Source of the DNA: Octopus sinensis
Taxonomy: Eukaryota
DNA length: 64,000 bases
Reading direction: 5' to 3'
Assembly: GCF_006345805.1 (NCBI RefSeq)
Contig: NC_042998.1
Coordinates: 145,390,001-145,454,000, forward strand
Every line of letters starts with the position of its first letter. Positions within the stretch are counted from its first letter, which is position 1. Shown here piece by piece: positions 1-13,500 of the stretch. The translations under genes were made by a program, and so were the position numbers. Under the pieces are notes generated by a model, which was not told the DNA's origin, did no database searches, and was given only the letters and a program-made list of their open reading frames with translations.

Positions 1-326
1 TTATATATACGTATAAATGTATGTACATATACGTATGCATATATGCATATACGTATATATTATTTATATTATTATATGATTGAACGCCACGCATACTCTT
101 CCAAGTATATATATACCTTCCCAGAAAGAGTGGTGACTGTGAATTCGAAGTTTAAACTAGCTAGCCATGACCGGATTCTTCAATGAGGCCTAGGAAGCGA
201 GATTTCAAAGTCACTGTCCTAACGTTTCATGTGGAAGTATAGTAATTAATTATGTACTCTATAAAATGTATTAAGCAATCTTTCAACTTAATGTTTCTTT
301 TAGTATAACCGACATAAAACAAACAT

Positions 327-399
<73 letters not shown>

Positions 400-1047
400 A
401 TATAAATGTGTGTATGCATATATGTATATATATATATGTATGTATGTATGCATGTATATATATAAACTGGGAGAAGGCGGAGAGAGTGATAACGAATATA
501 TATGAAAAAAACCCGGAAATAATCCTAATAATTAGCGAAGTCTGAGACTAAATTCATAAATGTAAAACAATAGCAAATTTATTTTGTATTCTTGAAGTAG
601 TTCTTTGATTTGTTTTTTTTAACAATAGATTTTTTTTCGGTGTTTACATCTCAAAACTTTTTCAATTTGCTTTCGAAACTTTATAAATAAATACTTGAAA
701 TGTAAAGTGGAGAATAAAAGATTGAAAATGAAAGAAAAAATGCAAGAAACAAAATGGCGAAGTATTTAAGAACGTATCAAAATATTTCTTTTATGAAAAT
801 GAAACAAAAATAAAGTACGAGACAAATTTTCATTGCTAGAAGGTAGATTCAAATAACGTGAGAGAGTGTGTGGGTGTGTGAAAGAAAAATAGAGAGAGAA
901 AGAAAGAGAAAGAGAGAGAGAGAGAGGGAGAGAGAGAGGGAGAGAGAGAGAGTGTGTGTGAAGAGAGTTGGGGCAGGAAAATATGTTGAGAAATTAAGAG
1001 ATTAGTAGAAGACTAGGAAATAAGTTGCGAACAGAACGAGAGATATA

Positions 1048-2326
1048 TTAGGTTTTCCGAAAATAATGGCCGCTCTAAGCATTGTGTTTTGAAATGCAAT
1101 TTTATCATAGTATTTTAATTATATTTTAGGTGAATTTTGACATAGTTAATAATTGATGTATGCTCTTTAATAATTTTCTACTTATTTCAGACAGAATACA
1201 TTTTTGAAGCATAGGCGCCCTTAATTATGAACATGACATAAAAGAACCTTCGCTTACTTTTCTTGTATGAGTTCAAGCTTGGGCACAAGGCCTCCCAAAC
1301 TACTGCCAATATCAGTAGAGCATGGAGAGAGGGGTCCACAAGTGATCACACAGTACGAAGGTGGTTTCAGAAATTCCGTAGTGGTGATGAGAGCCTTGAA
1401 GATGAAGAAGGTACAGGACTGTCATACAATCTTAACAATGAACAATTGAAAGCAATTGTTGAACAAAATCCACGTCAAAGTGTTAGAGAAATGTCTCAGG
1501 TACTTGGTGTCGGTATTGCAACGGTCTCGCGCAATCTGCAGAAGATTCGTAAGGTGAAAAAGCTCGATAAATGGGTACCACATGAGCTCAATGAAAATCA
1601 AAAAGTTCGGCGTTTTGAAGTGTGCTCGATGCGCTTTCTGCGAAACACCAATGATCTTTTTCTTGATCGAATTGTCACTTGTAACGAAAAGAGGATCCTT
1701 TATGATAACCATAAATGATCAGGTCAATGGCTTGATCGTGATGAGTCTCCCAAACATTTCCCAAAGCTGAAGTTGCATCAGCAAAAGATTATGGTGACTG
1801 TCTGGTGGTCTGCAATTGGTGTTGTCCATTACAGCTTTCTGGAAGCCAATCAGAGCATTACTGCAGAGGTTTACTGCAATCAACTCGGTGAAATGCATGC
1901 TCACTTGCAAAAAATGAGACTTGCATTGGTAAATCAGCGTGGCCCAATTCTGCTTCACGATAATGTAAGGCCACATGCTGCAAGATTGACGCTGCAGAAA
2001 CTCGCAGACTTGGGATACGAGACTTTATCACATCTTCCATATTATCCTGATCTTTCACCCACTGACTACCATTTTTAAAGCATTTAAACACGTTTTTAAG
2101 TGATAAAACTTTCAGGTCCATCCCAGAAGTCGAATCAGCTTTCAAAGATTACTTAGTATCAAAGCCAATAACTTTTTATCAACGAGGCATAAATAATGTC
2201 GTTGATCGATGGCAGAGATGCATAGATGTTCATGGCTCATATTTTGACGAATCAAAACATTTCTATTGTAAATTTTTCTAGAATAAAATTATGTTTCTGA
2301 ATTCAGCCATTAATACAATAATATTA
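1048..2326 (+). mobile_element. Mariner (Tc1/mariner) transposon, near full length, transposase disrupted
   Basis: Reading frame from ATG 1227 runs through ORFs 1263-1718 (HTH; VRRWFQKFRSG, WVPHEL) and 1773-2078 (HDNVRPH, YYPDLSPTDYHF). In-frame stops at 1239 and 1716; a frameshift near 2076 is followed by KHLNTFL...GINNVVDRWQRCIDVHGSYFDE. Left end TA+TTAGGTTTTCCGAAAATAATGGCCG resembles a mariner TIR; the right TIR is degenerate, so the end is approximate. Confidence 0.92.
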
Positions 2327-2484
2327 GCATGAATATAAACGACGAAAATATAAATATATTACCATGGGGTCAAGACAACTACGTTTGAGTGAGGGAAGTA
2401 ACTTCCTAAAAGAAAGGTACAAAGCAGTTTCTTAGCTTTTGTTAATATTAATAGATATGATCTCCCTCTCTCTCTCTCTCTCTT

Positions 2485-2534
<50 letters not shown>

Positions 2535-2770
2535 CACACACGCACACACTCATGTATGCATATCATAAATTTGTGCGTATGTTTATATGTATATGCATGT
2601 GTGTGTGTGTGTACTTGTCTGTGTGTAGATACATGTACACACGAGAAGCACGCAAATGATGTCGACTAAGTCATTAAAATTATAATTTCATATATTTCAC
2701 GGTGGACAGCCCGCCTGATGGAAAACACTGCATTACCTAATCAGGCAATGACTTGTACAATATATATATA

Positions 2771-2828
<58 letters not shown>

Positions 2829-3129
2829 GTGTATGTATATATATATATATAATATATATATATATATATACATACATATATATATACATATACATATATA
2901 CACATATGTATACATACATAGATACATACATACATACGTACATATATATATATATATCTATATATATATATATATATATATATACATGCATACATATGCA
3001 TATATATATATATATTCATATTACGAAACAATCTTCATAAAGCCTTCTCTGAAAATTATAATTATCACTGCAGGCTACATATATACTATAATAAAACATA
3101 ATATAATGGAATATACTATTACAACTATG

Positions 3130-3234
<105 letters not shown>

Positions 3235-3427
3235 ATATACACATATATATATTTATATATGTATGTAGGCATTTGCGTATATAGATCTATGTGCGTATGT
3301 GTTTATATATCCATGTATGCATATATATATATATATATACACACACACATATATATATACGCATATTTATACATATCTAGATGTATATATATACATTCAT
3401 AGGTATACATATACATATATAGACGTT

Positions 3428-3459
<32 letters not shown>

Positions 3460-3632
3460 GTATATATATATAGAGAGAGAGAGAGAGGGGGGATATGTAT
3501 ATATATGTAATGTATGTATATATATATATGTACGTATGTACGTATATATATATAATATATATATATAATATATATATATATGTATGTATTCTGTCTCTCT
3601 CCCCCACATACATATATGTGTATGTGTATATA

Positions 3633-3664
<32 letters not shown>

Positions 3665-4379
3665 CATACATACTTTTAATTCTAGTGCAAAACAAACAGC
3701 ACTCAAATTACCAAAATAAAGTAAGCAAAAAAGCAACTATACACCCATGAACAAACAGATATGAATATGAAGGAAAACTAAAACTAAAAATAAAAACTCA
3801 TAAATATTTAAAAAATACACATATAAAAATAAAGTAATTTGTTGAAAATTATGTTTGTCTAAAATCGGTATCGTTTAGAATGCTTGGCGTGTGTGATTAA
3901 GACAGGGTATTAATTTCAGTATAGTTTTGGAGTTTGTTCATTCGGTTGTATATTCATTGTGTTCATAGAATACACACAGACAGACAATTGGTAGAACACT
4001 AGAGAATATGAAATTAAAAATAAATATAGAAAATAGTGAAACAAGAAAAAGTTTAGAACAAATGTTGCTATGATGGTTTTAAATGGTAAAATAATTTAAA
4101 AGCATTAATTTGTAACGAAAGGAATAACATAGCAATCATGTGTGTGTAGTTTTAATTTCAGCTTTAGATAATCTTAATGAGAGATGGCTGAAATTCTTGA
4201 AATTTAGAACATTTTAAAAATGAAGCAAGCATATATCGTTATTACACCCAGCACTGTCTTGGACAGTGTTGTACGAGTATACACAATTAAGAAGGTATGC
4301 GTGCACGAGGCTACGACACACAGATATACACATACACTCACATTCACACATATACAGACATCGTACTACATATGTACAT

Positions 4380-4580
4380 ATGCCATGATAGATCGTTAGC
4401 CACTACACATTTTTTTCTCTCCTTGTTTCTCTCCTTGTTTTTTCTGTGTCCCTTTCTGTAGAAGAGCGTAGGCTCGAAACGTAACAGACTTTTTCTATTC
4501 CTGAGCGTTATACTAATACATCTGTTTGTTTTGTACACCACCTGTCTTCGTCTTTTGTTTTTTTCGTAAACTTTCCCTAT
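4380..4580 (+). mobile_element. Penelope-like element 3' tail (pLTR-like), family shared with 30985-31170, 31275-31460 and 59570-59700
   Basis: Shared block CTGTAGAAGAGCGTAGGCTCGAAACGTA...GAGCGTTATACTAATACA. The 59.6-kb copy lies downstream of a GIY-YIG ORF. Confidence 0.7.
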
Positions 4581-4614
4581 ATATATATATATATATATAT
4601 TATAGATATATAAG

Positions 4615-4822
4615 ATAAACACAATATATGTTTTTTTTTATGTGCTACTATTAGTTTCATGTACTGAGAGGATGCCAGATAGTATTTTTAACACGTCTGG
4701 TGTCCTAGCACAATCATCACGCACTGGCCACATGGTTAGGACACTAGATGTGTTAAAAAATACTGGCATGCTTTCAACACATGAAAATAATTGTAGCACA
4801 TAAAAGCATATACTTTGTTTAT
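4615..4822. repeat. Long imperfect foldback palindrome (MITE-like), ~95-bp arms, ~20-25-nt loop
   Basis: Left ...TATGTGCTACTATTAGTTTCATGTACTGAGAGGATGCCAG(ATA)GTATTTTTAACACGTCTGGTGTCCTAGC pairs with right GTTAGGACACTAGATGTGTTAAAAAATACTGGCATGCTTTCAACACATGAAAATAATTGTAGCACATA. Confidence 0.85.
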
Positions 4823-4888
4823 TAAATAATATTTATCTCTCACCAGATGGAGTACTCTTTTGTTGGTCTTACCATCACAGAACAGTAT

Positions 4889-4948
<60 letters not shown>

Positions 4949-5271
4949 ATAAAAGCATACTGGAGAAAGGAAAGAAACGAAACGAAACGACGCGAGGGCG
5001 CTCAGTCATACAATAATGTAATAAATAAAATATATGCATACATACATATATATGTACGTACCTACATCTACATGTATATATAGATGCATATATATATATA
5101 TAATATATATATTATATATATAATATATATATATATTATATATATATATATATATACAGTTCTATATTTAAGAGATGAGGAATTATGTACATTATTTACA
5201 TTATTTAAATTTGACGGATATTTGTCGGATATCCTCAAATGTAAATAATATAAATAATATATTTATATATA

Positions 5272-5500
5272 TTTCTTTACTACCCACAAGGGGCTAAACA
5301 CAGAGGGGACAAACAAGGACAGACAAAGGGATTAAGTCGACTACATCGACCCCAGTGCGTAACTGGTACTTAATTTATCGACCCCGAAAGGATGAAAGGC
5401 AAAGTCGACCTCGGCGGAATTTGAACTCGGAACGTAAACAGACGAAATACGGCTACGAATTTCGCCCGGCGTGCTAACGTTTCTACCAGCTCGCCGCCTT
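5272..5500 (-). mobile_element. tRNA-derived SINE family 1 (tail type a)
   Basis: Minus strand: A-box-like GGCGAGCTGGTAGAAACG, B-box GAGTTCAAATTCC, then core GCCTTTCATCCTTTCGGGGTCGATAAATTAAGTACCAG. About nine copies in the window. Confidence 0.85.
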
Positions 5501-5513
5501 ATTTATATATGTA

Positions 5514-6373
5514 CCGTAAATCCTCCAGTATAATCCGCCCTTGAGTATGATACCTAAACCTTGTGTATAATACGCACCCCTTCTCTAACTTGAGTCAAGG
5601 AGATCTATATAACGTCCTTGGTTTGTAAAAATGTATACGGTAACGTCCTTTATTATTATTGTACATATAACATAATGCAAAGTGTAGCTTTTTTGTGCAT
5701 TTTGTTTGCAGAAAATAAAGAAATAACAGTAATGACGTCAGTGAAAAATAAATATTAAGTAAATTGCCTTTACATATTTATCACTATCAGTTACAAAAGC
5801 AAAAGCAAAAACATTTATTCAAATTCTTCAAATTTAACGTTACTTTCAGCATCAAATAACTGTTCCATTTGTTCCTCCGTAAACATGTCAGCATCATTGT
5901 AGTGTAAATCACCGTCATCGTCAGATTCATAGTCAACATGAAAGATTCACTTTCATTTATTTCATCTTTCCATACAATGTCATCCTGAGTACCATCCAGT
6001 TCAGACGATATACAACATTTGATAAAACTTTTCACAATAATCTGGGGATCAAGTTCATTGCATGCATACACGATCCATTTGCATATCAAAGTTAGGTCGG
6101 GAGCGCGAACCCTTCCAACTTTAGTGAACGACTTTTCTCCAGTCGACATCCATTCAGTCCATAAATCGCTTTATGACTTCATTGCTTTCAGGCTTAGCTT
6201 AAGGTATTTTCGCGGACATCACAAAATGTGTCTGAATATACATTGCAGGGCAATAGAGATTCAGACATTGCTTAGAAAATATTTTTCATTTTTAACCTCG
6301 TATATAGTACGCACTAGGGATTTTGACCTTTAAATTTGGGGAAAAAATGCAGATTATACTCGAGGATTTACAG
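5514..6373 (-). mobile_element. Tc2/pogo-like DNA transposon, internally deleted
   Basis: TIRs CCGTAAATCCTCCAGTATAATCCGC (5514-5538) and the reverse complement of 6349-6373, CTGTAAATCCTCGAGTATAATCTGC (22/25 match). TA on both sides (5512-13, 6374-75). ORF 5787-6149 (LICKWIVYACNELDPQIIVKSFIKCCISSELDGTQDD) matches the C-terminus of pogo-type DDE_1 transposases. Confidence 0.88.
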
Positions 6374-6429
6374 TATATCAACCATAAAAACTCTGGAGGT
6401 ATGTGAGATGAATATTTTTATTTAGCCAC

Positions 6430-7810
6430 TTAACATCCCAGCATCCCACTTGATATCCTTAGGATTGCGGCCGTTTCTCAGCCTTCTTTATGTAGTAATA
6501 TTTTTAGAGTCAATTATGTTTATGTATATGCATTGGCTAACTCGATCATGCCTGGTTTTTATATTCTGTAGGAGCAAGGATCAATCGACAGCAATGTGAT
6601 CAATGCTCTCAAGTTTGTCATCGCTGATTCTACACTTTGTGTTTGCTCCATTGTTTGTGACATTACCATGATAGTTCCGAGTGAAGAGACTCTAATCTTG
6701 TGCCACTACGATAAATCCTTTATCGGCTTTCAAACCAGTGCTTTGCACCACTGAGGAGTTCTTCTCGTATCTATATCAGCTTCCCCAGCCTGTTTGGGAT
6801 ATTGCCCATGCAATGGTTTTTCTTACCACAGTATCGACATTTTTTTCAAGCTTTCTTGTTTAGTTTTTTTCTCACACTTTTTGCTGCCGTAGTGAGTTGT
6901 GTGTTTCATTATCATCATCATAATCAAGGAGGTTGAGCTCTCGTCGTGTTGTCTTACAGCTGTATCATCCTGTCAGTGTTAATTTGGATGTACATTTGAA
7001 ATCCTATCGTGATCGTTTTGCAGGACGTTTCAAGTTGGATTAGACCTCTACAGCCTTCCTTTCATGGAAGATAGAGTCTATGGACGTTTGATTTTGGGTG
7101 ATGAATCCTGTTTAATGTCAGCAGTTTCCTGGTCTCTATGTCCATACGTTCAATCAAGTTCCAGTTCAATCAAGTTCCAGTTAATGACATTAAGTCTATA
7201 CTGGATACCTGGTACTCTGGTACCGCCAGGGAGTTTATAGCTGCAATTCTATTCTGGATGTTCAGCTCAGTATTCAGGACCATTCTGACGCAGCTATAAT
7301 ATTCTTTCCTGATCGTCTCTTCACTGATCTGTGCTGATCCCTTTCCCTTAGTTTACCCCCAAGAGACTTATGGAAGCCTACTTGATCCAGATCCTTGATA
7401 GATGTATCATTATCAAGTTGGGTCGAGGTTATTAGCTGTCAGTTTACCACGTTTGATTGTAGCTTTTGCAGGCCAAATTCCATATTGGTGTCATCACTGA
7501 ATTTTTTCACAGTTGCTAATAGCCTTTTCAGAACTTTGTCATCTTTTGCATATAATTTCAGATCATCCATGAAGAACAAGTGCGAGATGGTCTTGTCAAA
7601 CATTTTGTACCCGTAATTTGTTCTATTCAACTCGTGGGACAAGGGAATGAAGGAAAGACAGAAGAAAAGGGGGAGAGTGAATCGCTCTGGAATATTCCAC
7701 GATCTATTTTGATGTTCTCCAACACATCCAAGCCTTTCTCGTGGTTGAGGAACAATGTTTTGTTCCACAGTCCCATACTATGTATAATTGGTTTTATTGT
7801 GGGTCATCCA
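6430..7810 (-). mobile_element. R4/Dong-type non-LTR retrotransposon fragment (RT plus C-terminal region), decayed
   Basis: ORF 7439-7768 has ...PLSHELNRTNYGY...ISHLFFMDDLKLYAK. Further downstream on the minus strand: HGQYP...GFIVVAQD, a degenerate zinc knuckle (KCRI...ESIDHI) and RHDRV. Confidence 0.85.
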
Positions 7811-8159
7811 GGTCATACTTAAAGTTTTTATTAGACTAGCAGACAGGTATAGTATAAGTTGCCCAAATTTTCAGATCGTTGGCTATTCAGATCACAAATT
7901 CAGGACCTTTACACTGAACTAAGGAAAAAAAACAATTAGACAAGGATCCGGTTATTAGAAGATGAATGCGTCCTTCCTTGCGCAGAAAGATTTCAGCGAT
8001 CAGGTTATTAGACTAGTTAAACGGGAATTGACGGGAACCATCATCAACAACGGGTAGTGGGGTTCCCTAAAAAGGGAAATCAGAAAGGTGTCAGCTAGTT
8101 TTTGCAAAAAGATTGCTTTAGAAGACAATAGAATAGAAAATAAACTAGTTAGAAGCACA

Positions 8160-9010
8160 TAGAAGGGTGATGGCAAATGACGCGCTAGCGGTGAGAATGG
8201 CATGTGACCATTTCTTCGACGTGAAACATGAAGGTTGTATTGTTCGAGCTAGGGTTCATGCACTGAAACATGAAGGCTCAAAAGCCTTTGGTTGAGCCCG
8301 GGTACCAGAGGCACAGCATGGTAACAAATCAAGAATTCGGTCTGTGACTGACCGTTGCAGACGTGTACTTTCTGATTCCAAATAGATTAGTGCGGTGTTT
8401 CGACAGCATTTCACCGACCTCTTTTCGAAGAGTGGCATACTTGAGACAGCGATCTTTGAGGCCTACCTCGATGGTATGATGTGCCTATCGGACAAGGAAA
8501 ATGAGTGTTGTGAGAAGCAGATTTCAGCGGAGGAAGTAGCAAATGTACCGAGCCGCTATGTGGAAGGCAAATCATCAAGATTGGATGGTCTGCCCTATGA
8601 AGTATATTTCCACATGTCTGACTTGTTTGCTCCGATTTTGGCAGCCGTCTACTGCACCCAGCAACGGACTGGGAACATTCCCAATCGTATGAGATGGGGA
8701 TGGTGATTCTGCTAGGGGAGGATTCTAACAAAGGGAACGTGATTGAAAACTTCAGGCCCATAACTCTACTCAACATGAGTTAAAGATTTCAGCTAGGGTG
8801 CTCGCCAAGAGGCTTGTGCTTGTCAATGGTGTAGTCGGTGACGCACAAACCTGTACGATCCCCAGTAGGTCTATCCACAACAACCCCCACCTCATGCAAT
8901 ATATCGTAGAACAGGTCGGGAATAGATGAAGCTTTGAAGCGGAGCTAATTAGTTTGGACCAGTCCAAGGAATTTGACCGGGTGGACTACTGCTACCGAGT
9001 GGCTGTCCTA
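8160..9010 (+). mobile_element. L1/Tx1-clade LINE reverse transcriptase fragment
   Basis: ORF 8395-8706 GKSSRLDGLPYEVY; then ENFRPITLLN, VGDAQTCTIPSRSIHNN and ISLDQSKEFDRVDY across frameshifts. Truncated by a (CA)n tract. Confidence 0.85.
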
Positions 9011-9984
9011 AAAACACACACATACACACACAAGCACGCACACACACATACACACACAAGCACGCACACACACACAAGCTTATGTGTATTTGTGCGCTTG
9101 TGTGTGCATATTTCATTCATTATTCCTCTTTTTCTCTTCCTCTATTCTTCTCTCTTAATTTTAATCAAGGACTAACATCTGAAACGTTATGACACTTTCG
9201 CTTTCTATTAAGGCATTAAACTAATACCGTATTTTAAAAATCCTTGTACTTCCTGATTTGTCGATTTTAATTGTTCATAGTTACGCATACATACATTCTC
9301 AAATACTCATATGTACCAAAGTAAAATATATACTTTAACAGCTGTACGTTCTCTAGCACTAACTACGTTCTTCTAATTACGTCGATGTTTAAAGTACCTG
9401 ATTATCATTTTAAAACTTTTCTTCAAAAACCCTTTCTTCCACACAGATATGAGTAACGTAACAAAAAATTGTAGCAAAGACAACAACAAACATTTCAAAA
9501 GAACTGAAAAGGCAAACTCCCCTCTAGTCCACCAATTCTTAAAATCTCTTCATGTTTCCCTTGTTTACGCAGTCCTAAATGAAAAAAGAATTCCTTCTTG
9601 AAATATGGGCAGCCGAAACAACAAAGATTGGAAATGGAATATTGGAATATCGAATATTGGAATTTTCGAATATGAGAATAATTGGTAACATTGATTCGGA
9701 AACTAACATTTACGGGAAATATGATATTATTGGAAGCAGTCATTAGATTACAAAACACTCGACATCTACACTACACCATTACAGAAAGAGCTACACCATA
9801 ACATACTACCTATATTATATCACTACATACTAGTAAAGTAATATAACGTATCATGTTATATTATATTATATTATATTATATTATGTTATGTTATGTTATG
9901 TTACATTGCTAGCCTCATGCCAAAATTTGAATAATTAATAAAAATTAACACCCGTTTTCTATAAATGATGCAAAACGTGACTGG

Positions 9985-10070
9985 CGAAATCAACCAACCA
10001 ACCAACCAACCAACCAACCAACCAACCAACCAACCACCAACCGACCAAGCAACCAACCAACCAACCAATC
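9985..10070. repeat. (CCAA)n tetranucleotide microsatellite
   Basis: Direct reading: caaccaaccaacc... Confidence 0.95.
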
Positions 10071-10159
10071 GACATTTATATCGGCTATTATTATATACAG
10101 ATACTGGGCCACACTGCATTATACTAATTGCATTATATCACGCTACACAGCATGACATT

Positions 10160-10264
10160 ACACTAATAACAAGAACAACAAAAACAAGAACAAGATTAAT
10201 AATACTAATACTACTACTAATAATAACAATAATAATAATAATAATAATAATAATAGTAATAATA

Positions 10265-10298
<34 letters not shown>

Positions 10299-10360
10299 GA
10301 ATAATAAGAATAAGAAGAAGAAGAAGAGCAACAACAACAACAACAGTAACAATAACAAAT
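10160..10360. repeat. Compound (AAT)n/(AAG)n/(AAC)n microsatellite
   Basis: Direct reading. Confidence 0.95.
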
Positions 10361-10680
10361 AATAGCACACTACAGACACATCAATATCAGCCATTGCTGT
10401 GTCATCAGTTTGTAGGAATCTATAAATCTGTTTGAGAAACTGCATCAACAACATTAACATAACAATAACGGTGACAACAGCAACAACAACAACGACTGTA
10501 AGAATAACAATATCAATAGCAGCACCAACGATGTTTTCTAAATTAACGGTTGGAAAAGAAAGTTTAAAATAATTCGCCCGTTACCGCCAAGGCTCTATAT
10601 AGAAGTAAGTACAGAGTTAGAAAGAGAAAACAGCTAATGTTTAGTTGCATTAAAGGAAAAGTGACAGCTTGAGTATACAC

Positions 10681-10748
<68 letters not shown>

Positions 10749-11387
10749 TTATATACAGAGAGCGGGAGAAGACAGAAGGAGGAGCGTTGCTGGAGTATAT
10801 TTGGAAATAAAGATGAGTTTCTCTTTCCTTACACGAAAATAATGACATCTGAGCAAAAAATACAAAAATATAATAGAAACCATAAAGAAAAAAAGGAAAG
10901 TAAAGAAATTTGAAAAAAAAAAGAAGAAAAATTAAAACAGAAAGCGAAGAGTAAAGGAAACGACAGACGATACGAAGAAATAATACATAAACACGAACCG
11001 AAGATCTCGATGGTGAGAAAAAAATATATACACCCAGACAAACCGATATACTGAATAAAGAAGTTCATATGTTGATGCAATTATTAAGATATAACACACA
11101 CACATGCGTGCGCGCACAGACATACAGACACACACATATACATATATAAACATATGTATGTACATGTAAATATGTATGTATATATATATATTTGTACACA
11201 CACATACACACACACATGCACACACATATGTATGTATTTAAGTATGTGTGAGTAGCTGTGTATGTTTGTATATATGTATTTATGATATTGAGATCTTGAT
11301 AAGCATTAAAGAAATTTAAATATGCACACACACACACACACTCACATACACACACACACACACACACACTCACATACACACACACAC

Positions 11388-11438
<51 letters not shown>

Positions 11439-12322
11439 GCATATATATATATATACGTATGCATAATATATGTATATATATATCTATATATGCATATGTA
11501 TATATATATATATATATACATATATAGACACAATATATATAAAAGTACATATATATATATATTATATATATATGTATATTATTTAAATGTATATATACAT
11601 ATACATACATTATATACATATACATTATATGTGTATATGTATATACTTACATATATGTATATGCATATGTATATACATAGATACGTCTCTATGTGTGTTT
11701 ATATATACATATATACATATACATATGCTAAACGCACTCTGAATATGTAATGAGGTATTGTTATATTGTAGTTTGAGTGTATATCAACTCTAAGCTCCAT
11801 CTGTAAATCTATGCGATAGAGTGGCTCTTTTTTATGTTTAAAGGATTAATAATGGTTCACTAAAGATATTCTGGCACTCGGCTCCCTGCGTTCTCAACGA
11901 AACGATTCCATCAGATTTTTTTTTCTATTTTATATCTTTTTTTATGTTATTTTGGTTCTATTGTTGCCGGAGTTATTTATTTTTTTTGGCTTTGTCTTGA
12001 ATTTTCATCTGCATATGAATTCTTATTGTAATGTTTGTGTCAATATCTAGACCTAGTGTCAGCACAATAGACATACTCCTATAAATACACACACACACAC
12101 ACATATATATATATTCGTGCATATGTATGTATGCATGTGTGCGTATGTGTGCGCATGTGTGTATATATATATGCACATATACAGCACGGCTATATTTATA
12201 TACAAATGTATTACACACAAATGTACATAAATATACAAACGATGCTTAAACCAGAGAATCGCCCGTACGGACAAACATATGAATATAAGTACGTGGATAC
12301 ACACACACAATATATACATACA

Positions 12323-12374
<52 letters not shown>

Positions 12375-12639
12375 CATACAAACATATACATATATACACC
12401 CACACCCATACACACACACACACATATATATATTCATATTCATATGTGTATACGTGGTATTGTGCTGATTTTTTTTATGTCAGTAAGAATGAGGAACGAT
12501 TATCTATAGCTGATTTTTGTCCAACATGGCAGCATGGAGCGACATTAGGTTTATATCTATACAGACTATATCTATATCTATACATAATGTTTTCTTGTTT
12601 ATATTTTTCAAATATAATATATATTTAACCAATCTCAGT

Positions 12640-13500
12640 GTTGAATTTAGTTGAAGTGTAATACATTGAAGAATTCAGCAAGTTGGTATCTTGGTAAGAG
12701 TTCCAAAGTAATTTAGGGGTCAGGGTATCTTGAAAGAAGAAAAACAACTTTTGTATTTCGAATGGTTTTTATGTTGGAGTTCTGGTGGATGGTGAAAGAG
12801 AAACGAGACAACTGAACGTATGGACGCTGGCGATTTGGCATTGCCGACTGTATGTTGAAGCTGTTTTGGCATTGGAGGTAAACACAAACATATGCATGCG
12901 AGCGCAGAAATATGTACATATAGACAGAGAGTGAGAGAGGGATGGAGAGAAAGAGAAAAAGAGGGAGAGAAGGAGAGGGGGAAGATAAATAGGGAGAGAG
13001 AGGTAGAGAAAACAAGATAAGGAGGGAGAAAAAGAGACATTACAATTTATTAATTGAATACGATTAACATAAACACATTCCCGTTTCTCATGTTCCTAAA
13101 CAGAAATATGTTTGCACATATAAAAAGAGAGAGGGGAGGAAGGGAGAGAGAGACGAAAAGAGCGAGTGGGAGGAAGGGAGAGATGGAGAGAGTTGGGTGA
13201 GGTAAAGAATATGAGTAATATTAAAACTGATGTCAAATATGTCAGCGTCGAATCAGCGACGCCAAAAGAAGCTGACCGAAACGGCTATATTTAACTACCC
13301 ACTTGTTTGAATCTCTCCAAGCCTTGTTGGACCTGCACATCCGGTCGTGAAGCACTTTGAGATTTGAAGTAATGAGTTTACAGGTTTTGGTTGTGTGAAG
13401 GATGTGAAGATGCTTGTATAAATGGTTATTTATGACATATTTAGCTGTTTTAATCGGGTGAGGCCTATTTTTCAGCGATGCTTCTGCTGTTTAATTGGTT
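12640..13500. mobile_element. Probable highly decayed Penelope-like remnants
   Basis: Minus-strand 12.7-12.9 kb weakly resembles a GIY-YIG C-terminus. Tail-like motifs GCTGACCGAAACGGCTATA at ~13270 (+) and ...AAAACAGCTAA at ~13440 (-). Confidence 0.35.

Noticed and set aside
13225-13295. Hammerhead-like CTGATG...GTCAGC/GCTGAC...CGAAACGGCT (similar weak motifs at ~30620 and ~58345)
   Set aside because: Core spacing and cleavage triplet are broken; at most decayed PLE tails.
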